Positions 18,175 through 27,801 of a DNA stretch of 64,000 nucleotides are shown piece after piece. A model generated the notes under the pieces. The model was not told the DNA's origin. It searched no databases and saw only the letters and a program-made list of their open reading frames with translations. The position numbers and the translations under genes were made by a program. The DNA lies in sequence record MW373745.1; one strand, given 5' to 3'. Positions within the stretch are counted from its first letter, which is position 1; every line of letters starts with the position of its first letter.

Positions 18175-19194
18175 GTGATGCATAGTGATGTTATCCAAAC
18201 TCTAAGTTCAGCAGGCGCTTACTTACCTAATGACACTATATGTCCTAGAGCAAAACTAGACACTGGCACATACTGCAACTATCGTTGTTATTTTTGCTAT
18301 TACCAAAATGAGTTAGATAAAAAGACACCATTTGAAGTCATTAAAAAAAGAATAGATACTTTGTATAGTATAGGTTGTAGAGATTTTGATTTAAGTGGAG
18401 GCGAATCTTCCATACACCCAGATTTCTTTAAAATCCTAGAATATATTAAATCTTTGAATCCAGATAATAAAATATCTTGTTTGACAAATGGATCTAAATT
18501 TCAGAATAAAGATTTTCTTAAAAAAGCAAAAGATCTTGGGTTATCTGAAATATTATTTTCATTACATAGTGTTAATGAAACTCACGATAAAATAACTGGG
18601 ATAAAAAATTCTTATAATTATATAATTAAAGCTATTCATAATGCAAAGGATCTTGATATTGTTGTTAGATTAAATTCAACTATTACTGATGTAAATTATA
18701 AATTAGTTGATACTGAATATTTCGAAGTTGTTGAAAAATTAGAACCACTTGAAATGAATTTTCTACCATTGAATTATTTTAGTCAGAATTCAAAATCAAA
18801 AGGTGTTAATTATTCTGAGATTTTAGAACCTATAAAAAGATTTGTAGATTCATCAAGTATACCTTTGATCAATGTCCGATATGTCCCGTTTTGTTATATG
18901 ACTGGGTATGAGAAATACGTTGTAGGATATTATCAGCACATCTATGATATTTACGATTGGAATATTGCTATGTATGAATACTTAGAACCTAATTTAGTAA
19001 ATTTAGCAAAACAAGCTGCATCTAATAGACAAAAAAGTTATAGGAAATGTGATGCTTGTAGAACTTGTAAGTATTTTTATATCTGTGATGGTATTGAGCC
19101 TCAAGTTCTTAAAGCAGGTTGTGAATTTAAACCTATTCAAGGTTCTAAAATAAAAGATGTTAATACATTTAGAAAATCATTCTTTAATTTTTAG
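18175..19194 (+). CDS. radical SAM protein with C-terminal Cys cluster
   Basis: CNYRCYFC, SGGE, TNG, C-terminal CDACRTCKYFYICDG. Confidence 0.9.
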   Translation: MMHSDVIQTLSSAGAYLPNDTICPRAKLDTGTYCNYRCYFCYYQNELDKKTPFEVIKKRIDTLYSIGCRDFDLSGGESSIHPDFFKILEYIKSLNPDNKISCLTNGSKFQNKDFLKKAKDLGLSEILFSLHSVNETHDKITGIKNSYNYIIKAIHNAKDLDIVVRLNSTITDVNYKLVDTEYFEVVEKLEPLEMNFLPLNYFSQNSKSKGVNYSEILEPIKRFVDSSSIPLINVRYVPFCYMTGYEKYVVGYYQHIYDIYDWNIAMYEYLEPNLVNLAKQAASNRQKSYRKCDACRTCKYFYICDGIEPQVLKAGCEFKPIQGSKIKDVNTFRKSFFNF

Positions 19195-19268
19195 TTTATA
19201 GTTTTTGACCTTAAACTTTAGATTTTAAACTATAGTTTTATTTTTTTTAACATTTTAAAAGGAGTGTA

Positions 19269-19817
19269 ATGGATATTTCATTAATTATAGGACCTATGAG
19301 ATCTGGGAAATCACTTGAATTGTTAAGACAAGCAGAGAAACTTCATTTTAGTGACAAACCTTATGTTTTATATAGACCCAAAACTGACACAAGGGATTTT
19401 ATATCAAGAAGTTTTAGACCTAGTTTAGACTTAAATATACAATACTATAGCAATGAAAACTTCAGTGAATCTAAATATGATTATATATTATTAGATGAAT
19501 TTCAATTTTTTGAACCTGAAATTATTAATAATATATTAGAATCTAATAAAACATTTGTTTTATGTGCTTTACAAAGTGGTACTAATAATATCAATGAACC
19601 TTATAATGTAGAAGTCTTTAGAAATGTCAATAGAATTATGCCATTTTGTAGTGATATTAGATTGTTAACTAGTATATGTGAAAATTGTGGCAGTTCTTGT
19701 GCTACACACAGTTATACCGATGTTATCACTGTTTCTGATAATTATAAGATTCTTTGTAATAATTGTTTAGATTTTAAGATTTCAAATGCTGGTATTTTTA
19801 AGAGATTAAAAACTTGA
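19269..19817 (+). CDS. tk: thymidine kinase
   Basis: GPMRSGKS, LDEFQF, Zn-binding CENC...CNNC. Confidence 0.88.
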   Translation: MDISLIIGPMRSGKSLELLRQAEKLHFSDKPYVLYRPKTDTRDFISRSFRPSLDLNIQYYSNENFSESKYDYILLDEFQFFEPEIINNILESNKTFVLCALQSGTNNINEPYNVEVFRNVNRIMPFCSDIRLLTSICENCGSSCATHSYTDVITVSDNYKILCNNCLDFKISNAGIFKRLKT

Positions 19818-19990
19818 AGCATTTTTTATACTTTTTAATATTGCTTTAAGTTTTAAGCATTNNNNNNNNNNNNNNNNNNNNNNNNNNNNNNNNNNNNNNN
19901 NNNNNNNNNNNNNNNNNNNNNNNNNNNNNNNNNNNNNNNNNNNNNNNNNNNNNNNNNNNNNATATTTCATAGTATATACTATAGTATTAA
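19818..19990. repeat. ends of an ~85-bp repeat array flanking a 100-N gap
   Basis: 19818-19860 matches the unit at 50075/50160; 19971-19988 is the reverse complement of the unit core. Confidence 0.85.
19862..19961. other. assembly gap (100 N)
   Basis: N run. Confidence 1.
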
Positions 19991-20070
19991 TATTCGCTTA
20001 AAATTTTAAGTATATTTTAAGTATTTTCATAATATAATACTATCAATAGAATAAACAAAGGTTAAAAACA

Positions 20071-20952
20071 ATGAATAAAACCGATAAAATGATTGAAGCT
20101 ATCGAGGATACACTATTAAGTCCGGAAAATTTAGGAACACATTTCTATGTTTTAGAAACTATAAAAGGATTTAATTTCAGTATTAAGTTCGATAAAATAA
20201 ATAGCTCTATTAAATATTTTACTAAAAGTAAACCAATTAATTTTGAATCTAATAAAAGTCCAAAAATTAAAGCACTTAATGATACTATTGATGAAGTTAG
20301 TTTAATTAACAAATTGGTTGAATTGATTAATATTAAATACCCAGAAGATGACCATATTGAGTTCTTTTTGACATTATTTCCTATTGGAGTAAGCAAGTCT
20401 AATGATTCTGATACCGCAGGATATGCAGTCATAATGTATGACATTTTAGTCGGTTCAAAACCACTAGAATCCAAATATGAAGATTTTGATAATGTTTTAG
20501 ATTATTGCACTTTAGCTGGTATCAAAACGAATCCAATTATTAGAATTGCAACTGATTTAGATTCTGCTTTAAGTGTTCCTGTAAATGGTGATTCTATGAT
20601 TCCATATCTTTTCAATAATAGTTCGGAGTCGATACCTATGTATGGCATCACCATCAGACCTTATAAGGAATTGCAATACAAATTAAGATCTAAAACTCAT
20701 AGACTTATTATTGATCTTGATGAGTCTAATATGCCAGTAGGTTCTAAAACTGAAGATTCAGAATTTCTTAAATTTTTAAACATAGAATCATTAAATGTTG
20801 TAAAATCTCAAAATCCAAAAAATTTAGAAACAGAGCTAATATATTATATAATAGAAAAAATAAATGAAATAAAACACTTAAGTGTAGAAGAAATTAAAAA
20901 TCTAAAATCAAAGTACTCACAAAGAGTTAAAGATTTCATCTCTGTGAACTAA
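20071..20952 (+). CDS. Rnl2-like nucleotidyltransferase-fold protein with degenerate active site
   Basis: YVLETIKGFNFSI (cf. EKxHGxNFS), IMYDI, MYGITIRP (cf. EGxVIRP). Confidence 0.55.
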   Translation: MNKTDKMIEAIEDTLLSPENLGTHFYVLETIKGFNFSIKFDKINSSIKYFTKSKPINFESNKSPKIKALNDTIDEVSLINKLVELINIKYPEDDHIEFFLTLFPIGVSKSNDSDTAGYAVIMYDILVGSKPLESKYEDFDNVLDYCTLAGIKTNPIIRIATDLDSALSVPVNGDSMIPYLFNNSSESIPMYGITIRPYKELQYKLRSKTHRLIIDLDESNMPVGSKTEDSEFLKFLNIESLNVVKSQNPKNLETELIYYIIEKINEIKHLSVEEIKNLKSKYSQRVKDFISVN

Positions 20953-21013
20953 AACACTAAAATGTTAAGTTTAAAGAACTAAAATATAAATCGAAGAACG
21001 AAAGGTGTAAAAA

Positions 21014-21928
21014 TTGTCTATGAAATTTTTTGTAACCGGATCCAGTGGTTTCCTAGGATCTAACTTTATTAAAATACTATATTCATTGGATTCAAATCCA
21101 AGAGTAATTGGCTTAGATGTAAATCCAGGCGAATATACTGATAGTACACAAGGTATTAAAAATGCTAAGAAATCTGGGTTGCTTAAAAACTTAATTAAAA
21201 ATAGTGATATAGTTGTTCATTTTGCAAGCCATTTAGGCGTTCAAAATATTGTAGACAACCCAAACTTACCTTTTAAATCTTTTAAAAATGATAAAATTGT
21301 TGTAGACTTAGCCACTAAATACAATAAAAAGATTGTATATTTTTCTACTTCTGAAGTATATGGTGATTCTAAAGATTACTCAGAATCCAGTGATTTAATT
21401 ATAAGTTCTAAATTAAGATCTAATTATGCTTTAGAAAAACTTTTTATGGAAAGATATATCCAATCAAAAACAAATAATTATTTAATAATAAGACCTTTTA
21501 ATGTTTACGGTCCTGGTCAAAATCCAAATAATGGATTCATTGCTAAAGTATTAGCAGCAGCTTTCAATCCTAAAGAAGTGATTAAAATCAGAGTCGATGC
21601 TGAGCCAAAAACAGGGACTGAAAGATGCTATTGTTATGTAGATGACTTTAATAAAATTCTTTATAAATTAATTAAACAAAATGTCAGCGGTGTGTTTAAC
21701 ATAGGAAATCCTATGGCTAGAGCAAATCCATTAAATATCATAAAAATATTCAATGATTTTGGGTATAATATAAAATATAAATTCGAAACTATTGAAAATG
21801 AAAATGATTATGAAATACAAAGACGAGTTCCTAGTATTGTTAAATTAAGCGAAGTTGTTCATATCGATTTTACAAATTTAAAAACTGGTATTAAAAATAT
21901 TTTGTATTATATTGACCCACCATTTTGA
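21014..21928 (+). CDS. NAD-dependent nucleotide-sugar epimerase/dehydratase
   Basis: VTGSSGFLG, STSEVYG, YALEK (YxxxK), RPFNVYGPG. Confidence 0.92.
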   Translation: MSMKFFVTGSSGFLGSNFIKILYSLDSNPRVIGLDVNPGEYTDSTQGIKNAKKSGLLKNLIKNSDIVVHFASHLGVQNIVDNPNLPFKSFKNDKIVVDLATKYNKKIVYFSTSEVYGDSKDYSESSDLIISSKLRSNYALEKLFMERYIQSKTNNYLIIRPFNVYGPGQNPNNGFIAKVLAAAFNPKEVIKIRVDAEPKTGTERCYCYVDDFNKILYKLIKQNVSGVFNIGNPMARANPLNIIKIFNDFGYNIKYKFETIENENDYEIQRRVPSIVKLSEVVHIDFTNLKTGIKNILYYIDPPF

Positions 21929-21965
21929 GATAAAATTTAAAACCTAAAATCAACAAGGAGTAAAT

Positions 21966-22538
21966 ATGCTAAAACATTTAATAATTGCAGGTCATCCAGA
22001 TGATGAGGTAATTGGTTGTAGTTCTATACTACTAGAAGATTCTGTTGGTGTTCTATACATCACAAATGATTATAGTACTGCTAACACAGAACGTAATAAA
22101 GTCAAAGATAAATTAGCTTTGGATTATCAAAAATGTTTAAAATATTCATTTTTTAAAATGCCTGATATTAATGAATTAGCTGATAATATTAAAGACGTTT
22201 TAGACTCCATTAAACCAGAAAATGTTTATGTTCACCATCCAAAAGATTTGCATCAAGATCATAATACTATTACAAAAGCAACCCTAATAGCTGCTAGAAT
22301 GAATAGAAATGATTATATTAAATCTTTAAGTTATTATTATGTTGAAAATCCATTTGAATTAAAAGCTTGTGAATTTAAAAAAATAGATAAAGATGAAAAA
22401 CTTAAGTTTTTATCTAAATATAAAAAGTATATACCAGAAAATCATATCAAAACTATTTTAGCTTTTAATGAGTTCGTAGGGATTTATAGCAATTTAGGTT
22501 TTGCGGAGCCGTTTGAAGTTGTTTATAAGCGTTCTTAA
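21966..22538 (+). CDS. PIG-L/LmbE family deacetylase
   Basis: GHPDDE and HQDH metal motifs. Confidence 0.88.
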   Translation: MLKHLIIAGHPDDEVIGCSSILLEDSVGVLYITNDYSTANTERNKVKDKLALDYQKCLKYSFFKMPDINELADNIKDVLDSIKPENVYVHHPKDLHQDHNTITKATLIAARMNRNDYIKSLSYYYVENPFELKACEFKKIDKDEKLKFLSKYKKYIPENHIKTILAFNEFVGIYSNLGFAEPFEVVYKRS

Positions 22539-22570
22539 TTACATTAAATCTAAGAAAACCAAGGAAAATA

Positions 22571-23116
22571 ATGAGTGAAATTATAATGATTCACGAAGTA
22601 AATGATAAAGTTCTCAAAGCTGTAGAATCTTTAGACCCAGACAGCATAATCACATTTGATGATGGTTTATATACACAATTTCATTATAGAAGTCATTTTG
22701 CGTTATTTAAACGTGTTATATTCTTTGTAAATCCGTCCATAATTTGCGAATCTTCCGAGAAACAATCTAAAGAGTATATACAGTGCTATAACGCCCATAA
22801 AAAGGCATTTAAAGGCTGTTTTGAAAATTATATGACATTAGATCAAATTCAGCAAATTTCAAGGGAAAATATGTATAATTTTGAAATAGGTTCACATTCT
22901 TATAATCATAAATATTTTAAAGATTCTAAATCTTTAATAAAAGATATTCAAGATTCTTTAGATTTTTTTGAGAATCATAATATACCTATTAAATCATTTT
23001 GTTTTCCGTATAATCAAGATTCGAGAAACCCACATTTTACCCAAGCAGTTAAACTAAAGTTTAAAGATTTGGATATTTTTGGTAATAACAGAGTACCTAT
23101 CGAATCTAAGTTCTAA
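22571..23116 (+). CDS. NodB-type polysaccharide deacetylase
   Basis: TFDDG, IGSHSYNH, FCFPY. Confidence 0.85.
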   Translation: MSEIIMIHEVNDKVLKAVESLDPDSIITFDDGLYTQFHYRSHFALFKRVIFFVNPSIICESSEKQSKEYIQCYNAHKKAFKGCFENYMTLDQIQQISRENMYNFEIGSHSYNHKYFKDSKSLIKDIQDSLDFFENHNIPIKSFCFPYNQDSRNPHFTQAVKLKFKDLDIFGNNRVPIESKF

Positions 23117-23182
23117 ATATTAAATATTAGACTAAAGTCTTAGATTTTAGACTTTAACAATACAGCAAATTAAGGAGCTTAA

Positions 23183-23818
23183 GTGAAAAATATTAAAGTT
23201 AAATTAATAGCAGATTCTGGTATCAATGTTTTTATTGACGCTGTCAGAACTTGCTGGGATAGTCATAGTAAATGTGATACTAATGGTGATAATGTAGGAG
23301 AAAATGATAAAGCATTAATAGATAGAATAGTACACAAACATAAACACCATTCTACATTAGAACATTTGTTTTATAATTTTGAAATCACAGGAATTTCAAG
23401 ACTTTGTTTGCAAGAGTTGGCAAGACACAGAATGGCTTCATTCAGTGTTAAGAGTACAAGATATACACTAAAAGAACTTAGAGGTGCTGATATTTCTACA
23501 TTAGAAGATGCAAGTAAGTTTATTGTTTTAACTGATAATGAATTAGTAGATGCTGCAAGCCACAAAAACTTAAAAGAACTTCATAACATAGTCAATACAA
23601 ACGGTATTACCCAAGACTACGCCAAGTATTGTTTACCAGAATGTTACAGAACTTCATTAAGATTTTCTTTAAATGCTAGAAGTTTAAGAAATCTATTAGA
23701 ACTAAGATTATCTAAAGGTGCTCATTTCGAGATTCGGTATTTGGCTAAATTGTTGTTTGATGCATTACCAGATCTACACAAAGAATTAATTTTCAATGAT
23801 TTAGAATATTCAGAATAA
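23183..23818 (+). CDS. thyX: flavin-dependent thymidylate synthase
   Basis: HHSTLEH, QELARHRMASFSVKSTRY, NARSLRNLLELR; GTG start with AAGGAG. Confidence 0.95.
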   Translation: MKNIKVKLIADSGINVFIDAVRTCWDSHSKCDTNGDNVGENDKALIDRIVHKHKHHSTLEHLFYNFEITGISRLCLQELARHRMASFSVKSTRYTLKELRGADISTLEDASKFIVLTDNELVDAASHKNLKELHNIVNTNGITQDYAKYCLPECYRTSLRFSLNARSLRNLLELRLSKGAHFEIRYLAKLLFDALPDLHKELIFNDLEYSE

Positions 23819-23833
23819 ACATAAGGAGTTAAA

Positions 23834-24088
23834 ATGTATGTTACAAAAGAAGTAGACGTAGAAGTTGAAGTTGAATTAGATGAATTTAAAGACAATGACG
23901 TCTTAAGATATGCTAGGGATTTAATTGAAGTCGATAAATCTAAAATAGTATTTTTTGAGGGTCTTATAGAACCAGAATTTAATTTTGATTTTTTAAATGA
24001 TTTATATAATATAGAATACAAAAAAAATTATTTTGAATCATTTCCTAAGCATAAAAAATTAATTGATTTCATAAAAGCTAATTATTGA
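23834..24088 (+). CDS. hypothetical protein
   Basis: 84 aa, AAGGAG RBS. Confidence 0.75.
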   Translation: MYVTKEVDVEVEVELDEFKDNDVLRYARDLIEVDKSKIVFFEGLIEPEFNFDFLNDLYNIEYKKNYFESFPKHKKLIDFIKANY

Positions 24089-24123
24089 TTTTAAAGGCTT
24101 AGAGCTAAGAACCAAGGATTTTA

Positions 24124-25233
24124 ATGAACGTTTTATATAATAATGAATATATTGATTTTACAAAAGAACCTTTATTTTTTGGAACAGGTAAAAACTCACA
24201 AAGATATGATGTTATAAAATATCCTATCTTTGAAACTTTGTTTAAGAAAATGGCTGGTTTTGATTGGCAAGAAGATGAAGTACAGTGCACTAAAGATCAA
24301 GCAGATTTCAATATCTTAAATGAAGCAATGAAACATTCTTATACTAGAGTGTTAAACAAGTTAATTTTCTTAGATTCTATTCAAGGCAGGGGTTTATTAC
24401 AAACTATTGGATCTATTGTTACTAACCCAGAACTAGAAGTTTGTATGACAGAATGGCAAAGATTTGAAATTTCAAGACATTCAAGAAGTTACACTCATAT
24501 TCTTAGATCTGTTTATGCTAACCCAAGTAAGATATTTGATGAATCTTTTGAAATACCAGAATTATTAGAACTTGCAGATAGTATTTCAAAACCATATGAA
24601 GAAGCTTTTGAAGCTGTAACAAAGTATCATTTAGGATTAATAGATACTGAAGAAGTTAAAGTAAAAGTTCTTAATATGTTAGTCGAAATTAATATATTAG
24701 AAGGTGTTAGATTTTATTCTGGTTTTGCGACAATTTGGAGTATGCATTATAGCCAAGGGTTAATGGAAAGAACTGGCAAGATTTTACAATTAATTTGTAG
24801 AGATGAAAACCTACACTTAGCAATAACTCAAAATCTAATTAAGATATTGTCAAGATCTCCTGAAGAAGGCTTTATAAATGCTTGGAATTCTATTAAAGAT
24901 AATATAACTGATAGATATTTAGAAGCTGCTGATCAAGAGTTTAAGTGGATTGATTATTTGTTTAGTAAAGGTGCTTTCTTAGGTATGACACCAGAATTAG
25001 CCAAGAATTATATTAAATATCTTATTAATAAAAGATTAAAAGCTATTGGATTCAAAGAAGTTTTTGCTGGGTTTAATAAGAACCCTATACCTTGGGTGGA
25101 AACATATATTAATTATGATAAAAATGAAGTTCTCCCGCAAGAATCTGAAATAACAAATTATAAAATGGATATTTTAGACACTGAAATTAAAGATTCTGCT
25201 TTTGAAAGACTTAAGAAGAAATTAAAAATCTAA
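24124..25233 (+). CDS. nrdB: ribonucleotide reductase class Ia beta subunit
   Basis: FLDSIQ, EISRHSRSY, LEGVRFYSGF, RDENLH, PQESEITNY. Confidence 0.95.
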   Translation: MNVLYNNEYIDFTKEPLFFGTGKNSQRYDVIKYPIFETLFKKMAGFDWQEDEVQCTKDQADFNILNEAMKHSYTRVLNKLIFLDSIQGRGLLQTIGSIVTNPELEVCMTEWQRFEISRHSRSYTHILRSVYANPSKIFDESFEIPELLELADSISKPYEEAFEAVTKYHLGLIDTEEVKVKVLNMLVEINILEGVRFYSGFATIWSMHYSQGLMERTGKILQLICRDENLHLAITQNLIKILSRSPEEGFINAWNSIKDNITDRYLEAADQEFKWIDYLFSKGAFLGMTPELAKNYIKYLINKRLKAIGFKEVFAGFNKNPIPWVETYINYDKNEVLPQESEITNYKMDILDTEIKDSAFERLKKKLKI

Positions 25234-25414
25234 ATTTAATGCTTTGATGATATTTACTAGATCTGTAGTATTAAACTTAGTTCGTTTGTACTTTAGATCT
25301 AAATTTAACACTAAGTGTAAACTTCTAAGCTTGATAAATGTATAAAATATTTAAAAAAATAATTTTATTTTAAGTTTATTATTATAAAATTATATAAAAT
25401 TAAAAGGAGCAAAA

Positions 25415-25822
25415 ATGAAAGATTTAACAACAAAGTTTATTAATATTATGTTGAATAACAGCTACGATGAAGCTCTACACAACAAAATACAAGAAAAATT
25501 ATTTAGTTCCGATTTACAATGTTCAAATTGTGACACAGGTTTTGAATCATTTAGACTTGAACTCAATTGTTCAATTGATGAACTCAAATCAAAATTATTA
25601 GGTTGTGGATATCTTGACGACACTGACGAGGATTTGTGGGACTTTTTTAAGTTAAAAGATTCTGATGGTGATTCACAATGGGATAATTACGTTTACAGTT
25701 TACCTTCATCTATAAGAGAGTTAAGCAGCACTACATTTAGAATTAAAGACGGAAATACTATTGTTTTCTACGATATGGTTTGGGGTAACGAACAAACTTG
25801 CCATTTGACTTTTAAGAACTAG
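25415..25822 (+). CDS. hypothetical protein
   Basis: 135 aa, AAGGAG RBS. Confidence 0.75.
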   Translation: MKDLTTKFINIMLNNSYDEALHNKIQEKLFSSDLQCSNCDTGFESFRLELNCSIDELKSKLLGCGYLDDTDEDLWDFFKLKDSDGDSQWDNYVYSLPSSIRELSSTTFRIKDGNTIVFYDMVWGNEQTCHLTFKN

Positions 25823-25829
25823 TAAATAT

Positions 25830-25870
25830 TACACTTTAGTGTTAACGAACTTAAACGACACTAAAGTGTA
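25830..25870. terminator. 13-bp inverted repeat between convergent genes
   Basis: TACACTTTAGTGT (25830-25842) and ACACTAAAGTGTA (25858-25870). Confidence 0.55.
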
Positions 25871-25890
25871 AACTTCTAAGTTTGCTAGTA

Positions 25891-27039
25891 CTATTGAATA
25901 TCAGTATCCTTGAATCTTGATAAAATCAATTTTGTAATATAAAATTGTGAACTTTCTATTTTATCTATAAACCCAGTTAAAATATACTCACCAGAAATTT
26001 TAGTGTCTCCTTCTTGTGTTTCATTAGTATTTTCGTTAGATTTAAATAATACTTTGTATTTTGTGAATATTTCTGGTGCCTTAACAACTCCAGGTACTAC
26101 TAATTCTAACTTAGAATAATCTAAAAACGATTTATAAGTATCAGCAAAAATATTATCATCGTACAAATATTCTTGAGCTTGATATTCAAAACCATCGTGA
26201 TCTTGAGATTCTACTGGAACATCGAAATCTAAATCTTCAAGATTAATTTTCATAACTTTCATTGTTTTAGTAGCTTTATCAAATGCGATTATTTGTGATT
26301 TCGGTAATTTCAGAGCTTGGTTTGTGTTTATAATCTTCCTAGATAAAATATCATAAGGGTTGTTAGGATCTTTTTTAAAATCATCATATTGTATATTTTG
26401 AAGTTTTAAATTATTTGGTTTGAGTTCTTTATAAGGTTTCATAATAATTTTTTGTTTATCTTGAAATAATATCAATCCTTGTCTATCACATTCTTCAAAT
26501 ATGAAATCCAATACAGATTTTCGTGAAGTTAAAACGAAGTTTTCAATTACGATGTTGCTAGATAATTCCAATTTAACAGAATCTGGATTATATTTTAATT
26601 TTGGTTTAATATAAGTATCATATATATCTTTAAAAATATCTGAAAGTTTTTTATTTTTATATGTTTTAGCTATATATAATTTACTAAACAAATAAGATAT
26701 TAAATCTTGACCTTGTATTGTAAAACTGGATTTATCAGTTGTTTGAGTTTTATTATTTTTAACAACTTGAAACTCTCTTCTATAGTAACCTTCACTAGCA
26801 TCTAATATAAAAGGAATAAATCGCATATCGCCGGATTGATCTAAATAGTATTGTAAATCCGTGGTACCATTGACTGTAAAATAAGACAAGATGATAAAAC
26901 CATTGAATGAGATTTCACCAGATTTTGTTTCTCCAGTTTTTAATTCAAGTGATTTACTTGATTTATTATTAAGAATAGATAAAGTAAAATCTTTGACATC
27001 ACAAGCGTGAGAAAATAGACTTTGAGTTCCCGGATTCAT
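25891..27039 (-). CDS. putative baseplate hub / gp27-like tail protein
   Basis: 382 aa directly after the neck gene; VLDFIFEEC...LILFQD and ISGEYILTGF patterns typical of hub proteins. Confidence 0.5.
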   Translation of the reverse strand: MNPGTQSLFSHACDVKDFTLSILNNKSSKSLELKTGETKSGEISFNGFIILSYFTVNGTTDLQYYLDQSGDMRFIPFILDASEGYYRREFQVVKNNKTQTTDKSSFTIQGQDLISYLFSKLYIAKTYKNKKLSDIFKDIYDTYIKPKLKYNPDSVKLELSSNIVIENFVLTSRKSVLDFIFEECDRQGLILFQDKQKIIMKPYKELKPNNLKLQNIQYDDFKKDPNNPYDILSRKIINTNQALKLPKSQIIAFDKATKTMKVMKINLEDLDFDVPVESQDHDGFEYQAQEYLYDDNIFADTYKSFLDYSKLELVVPGVVKAPEIFTKYKVLFKSNENTNETQEGDTKISGEYILTGFIDKIESSQFYITKLILSRFKDTDIQ

Positions 27040-27734
27040 TAGAACCTACCAAATACATCATCAGAATTTGTATAAAAATCTTTTGTTTCTTGTTGTTGTT
27101 TATCTTTAATAGAACTCAATTCATCGAAATATTTTTCAAGCTCGTTATGCATATCTGTATTAGGTGTTTGCTTGTCTAATAATTCGTCAGATCTAATAAC
27201 AAAATCACTTTCAAGTTCATCAGATTTTTTAAATACATAAGTTTTACATTTAAATTTATAAACATTTTTATATTGATTATAAAGAAATACGTTATTTAAC
27301 CCAAAACAATCTAACGTAATTTCGGTAATTTCAAGAATCTTTCCACTTGGAACGATTATTAAAGATCCTATTAAATCGTGAATTCTGGAATCTGGTAAAG
27401 TTACATCGTATTCATTCTTAGAATTCATTGAAGATTGAACTAAATTAAATGTGGAAATTTTAGAAACATATAAACCTATACTTGTATCTAATGGGACACC
27501 AAATTGTGTTTGCAATCTTTCATATTGGTCAAACTCTTCTGAATTTTCTGGCATACCAAATATTTCAAAACAAGCTCTATTGTCCGCTTTAAAATGACTA
27601 AAATCACCAAATGTTAAATCCCTGTTAATTTTTTTGGTAATGATTAATTTAAGTGGAGCACCATAAAGTCTAATGAGTTCTTCGGTAACAGATCCACTCA
27701 GATCATATTCATTAGTATGCTGGTTAAAATTCAA
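27039..27734 (-). CDS. neck / head-completion protein, T4 gp14-like
   Basis: EELIRLYG, FG...D...LYVSK, GSLIIVPSGKILEIT; TTG start. Confidence 0.75.
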   Translation of the reverse strand: MNFNQHTNEYDLSGSVTEELIRLYGAPLKLIITKKINRDLTFGDFSHFKADNRACFEIFGMPENSEEFDQYERLQTQFGVPLDTSIGLYVSKISTFNLVQSSMNSKNEYDVTLPDSRIHDLIGSLIIVPSGKILEITEITLDCFGLNNVFLYNQYKNVYKFKCKTYVFKKSDELESDFVIRSDELLDKQTPNTDMHNELEKYFDELSSIKDKQQQETKDFYTNSDDVFGRF

Positions 27735-27756
27735 TTTTAAAGCCTCATTTTTGATA

Positions 27757-27784
27757 TATTTATTTTAAGTAATCAAAATAAATA
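27757..27784. promoter_or_regulatory. divergent late-type promoters (AATAAATA on both strands)
   Basis: Minus 27757-27764, plus 27777-27784; each 17-22 nt before a structural gene. Confidence 0.55.
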
Positions 27785-27801
27785 AAATCAAAAGGTTCAA
27801 G

